From Octopus sinensis (lineage: Eukaryota): a DNA stretch of 64,000 nt. Positions 63,001 through 64,000 of the stretch are shown here, piece by piece (position 1 is the first letter of the stretch; each line of letters starts with the position of its first letter). The stretch lies in contig NC_042997.1 in assembly GCF_006345805.1 (NCBI RefSeq), forward strand, positions 211,358,001 to 211,422,000. Direction: 5' to 3'. The notes beneath the pieces were generated by a model that saw only the letters and a list, made by a program, of their open reading frames with translations, searched no databases and was not told the DNA's origin. The translations under genes and the position numbers were made by a program.

Positions 63001-64000
63001 TGAATGTAACACACATCAACATACCTCTCTTCAAGCATTTCAACAATCTCAACAATAATGTACAATACCTTCATTATCATCGTTTAATATACGTCTTCCA
63101 TGCTGACAGGAGCTGGCAAGCCAGAGAGCCGCATTGGGCTCCAATTGCCTGTCCTGGCATGATTTCTATGACTGGACATCCAACCACTTTGCAGAGTTCT
63201 TTTTTATGTGACGTCAGCATGGAAGCATTTTTATGCGGTGCCAGCAGAAGTACTTTTAACATGGCACCAGCACAGCAAGTAAAAAGCACCTGCGCTTTTA
63301 TATCATGTACATATAATCATCATCATCATCATCATCGTTTAGCATCCGTTTTCCATGCTAGCAGGGGTTGGACGGTTCAAATGGGGTCTGTGAAGCCAGA
63401 AGGCTGCATCAGGCCCAGTCTGATTTGGCAGTGTTTCTATGGCTGGATGCCCTTCCTAACGCCAACCACACCATGAGTGTAGTGGGTGCTTTTTACGTGC
63501 CACCCGCACAGGTGCCAGACGGATTTGGCAAACGGCCACGGATGGATGGTGCTTTTTACGTGCCACCGGCACAGGGGCCAGACGAAGCTGGCAACGGACA
63601 CGAACGGATGGTGCTTTTTACGTGCCACCGGCACGGGGGCCCGACGAAGCTGGCAACGGACACGAACGGATGGTGCTTTTACATGCCACCGGCACAGAGG
63701 CCAGTCGGGGCGGTGCTGGCAACGGCCACGATCGGATGGTTCGCTTACTTGTCCCCGGCACTGGTACCACAGCTGCAATTTCCATTGATGTTGATCGACT
63801 TCGATTTTGGTTCTGCTTTCTGATATCGGATTTGATTTGGTTTGATTTTGATTTTGTTACAATGAGTATAAACCATACATGTACACATCAGGTTTGCAGC
63901 CAGAAAAAAAGGGAACAGCTGTTCATGCATGTTTCAACCCCAGTTGCCATCACTGTCAACAACTGTGCACCCTCTTTCGCTATCCAAACACACTGTTTAT

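Noticed and set aside
59419-64000. Upstream ANKRD26 exons (first ankyrin repeats)
   Set aside because: Searched but not found; this interval is almost entirely RTE and MITE sequence, so these exons probably lie beyond 64000.

Overview
AT-rich, repeat-dense eukaryotic genomic DNA. The repeat complement (tRNA-Arg SINEs, MetaSINE-like elements, RTE LINE ends with (GAT)n tails, long (TA)n tracts) points to an octopus; the species assignment is an inference. I assembled by hand one minus-strand multi-exon gene spanning 59418 to 2299: 15 exons with GT-AG boundaries and continuous reading-frame phase, plus one possible 18-nt microexon. Its N-terminal ankyrin repeats and downstream acidic motifs resemble ANKRD26; the first exons and the coiled-coil C-terminus were not found and probably lie outside the window. 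Two features stand out. (1) Two in-phase exons (15896-15580, 12812-12719) encode a gapless match to four helices of the talin rod R6 bundle, including the vinculin-binding helix, and another exon carries a CagA-like EPIYATVNK tyrosine motif. This suggests a chimeric ANKRD26-talin scaffold. (2) A tRNA-headed SINE-like family carries a minimal Penelope-type hammerhead ribozyme and repeatedly occurs as divergent inverted pairs; a Penelope ORF remnant is also present. Introns additionally hold RTE, CR1, HERO-like, mariner, piggyBac-MITE, Helentron-like and LTR remnants and several long palindromes. Nearly all ORFs in the supplied track are spurious translations of repeats. All homology calls are from memory, without database searches.
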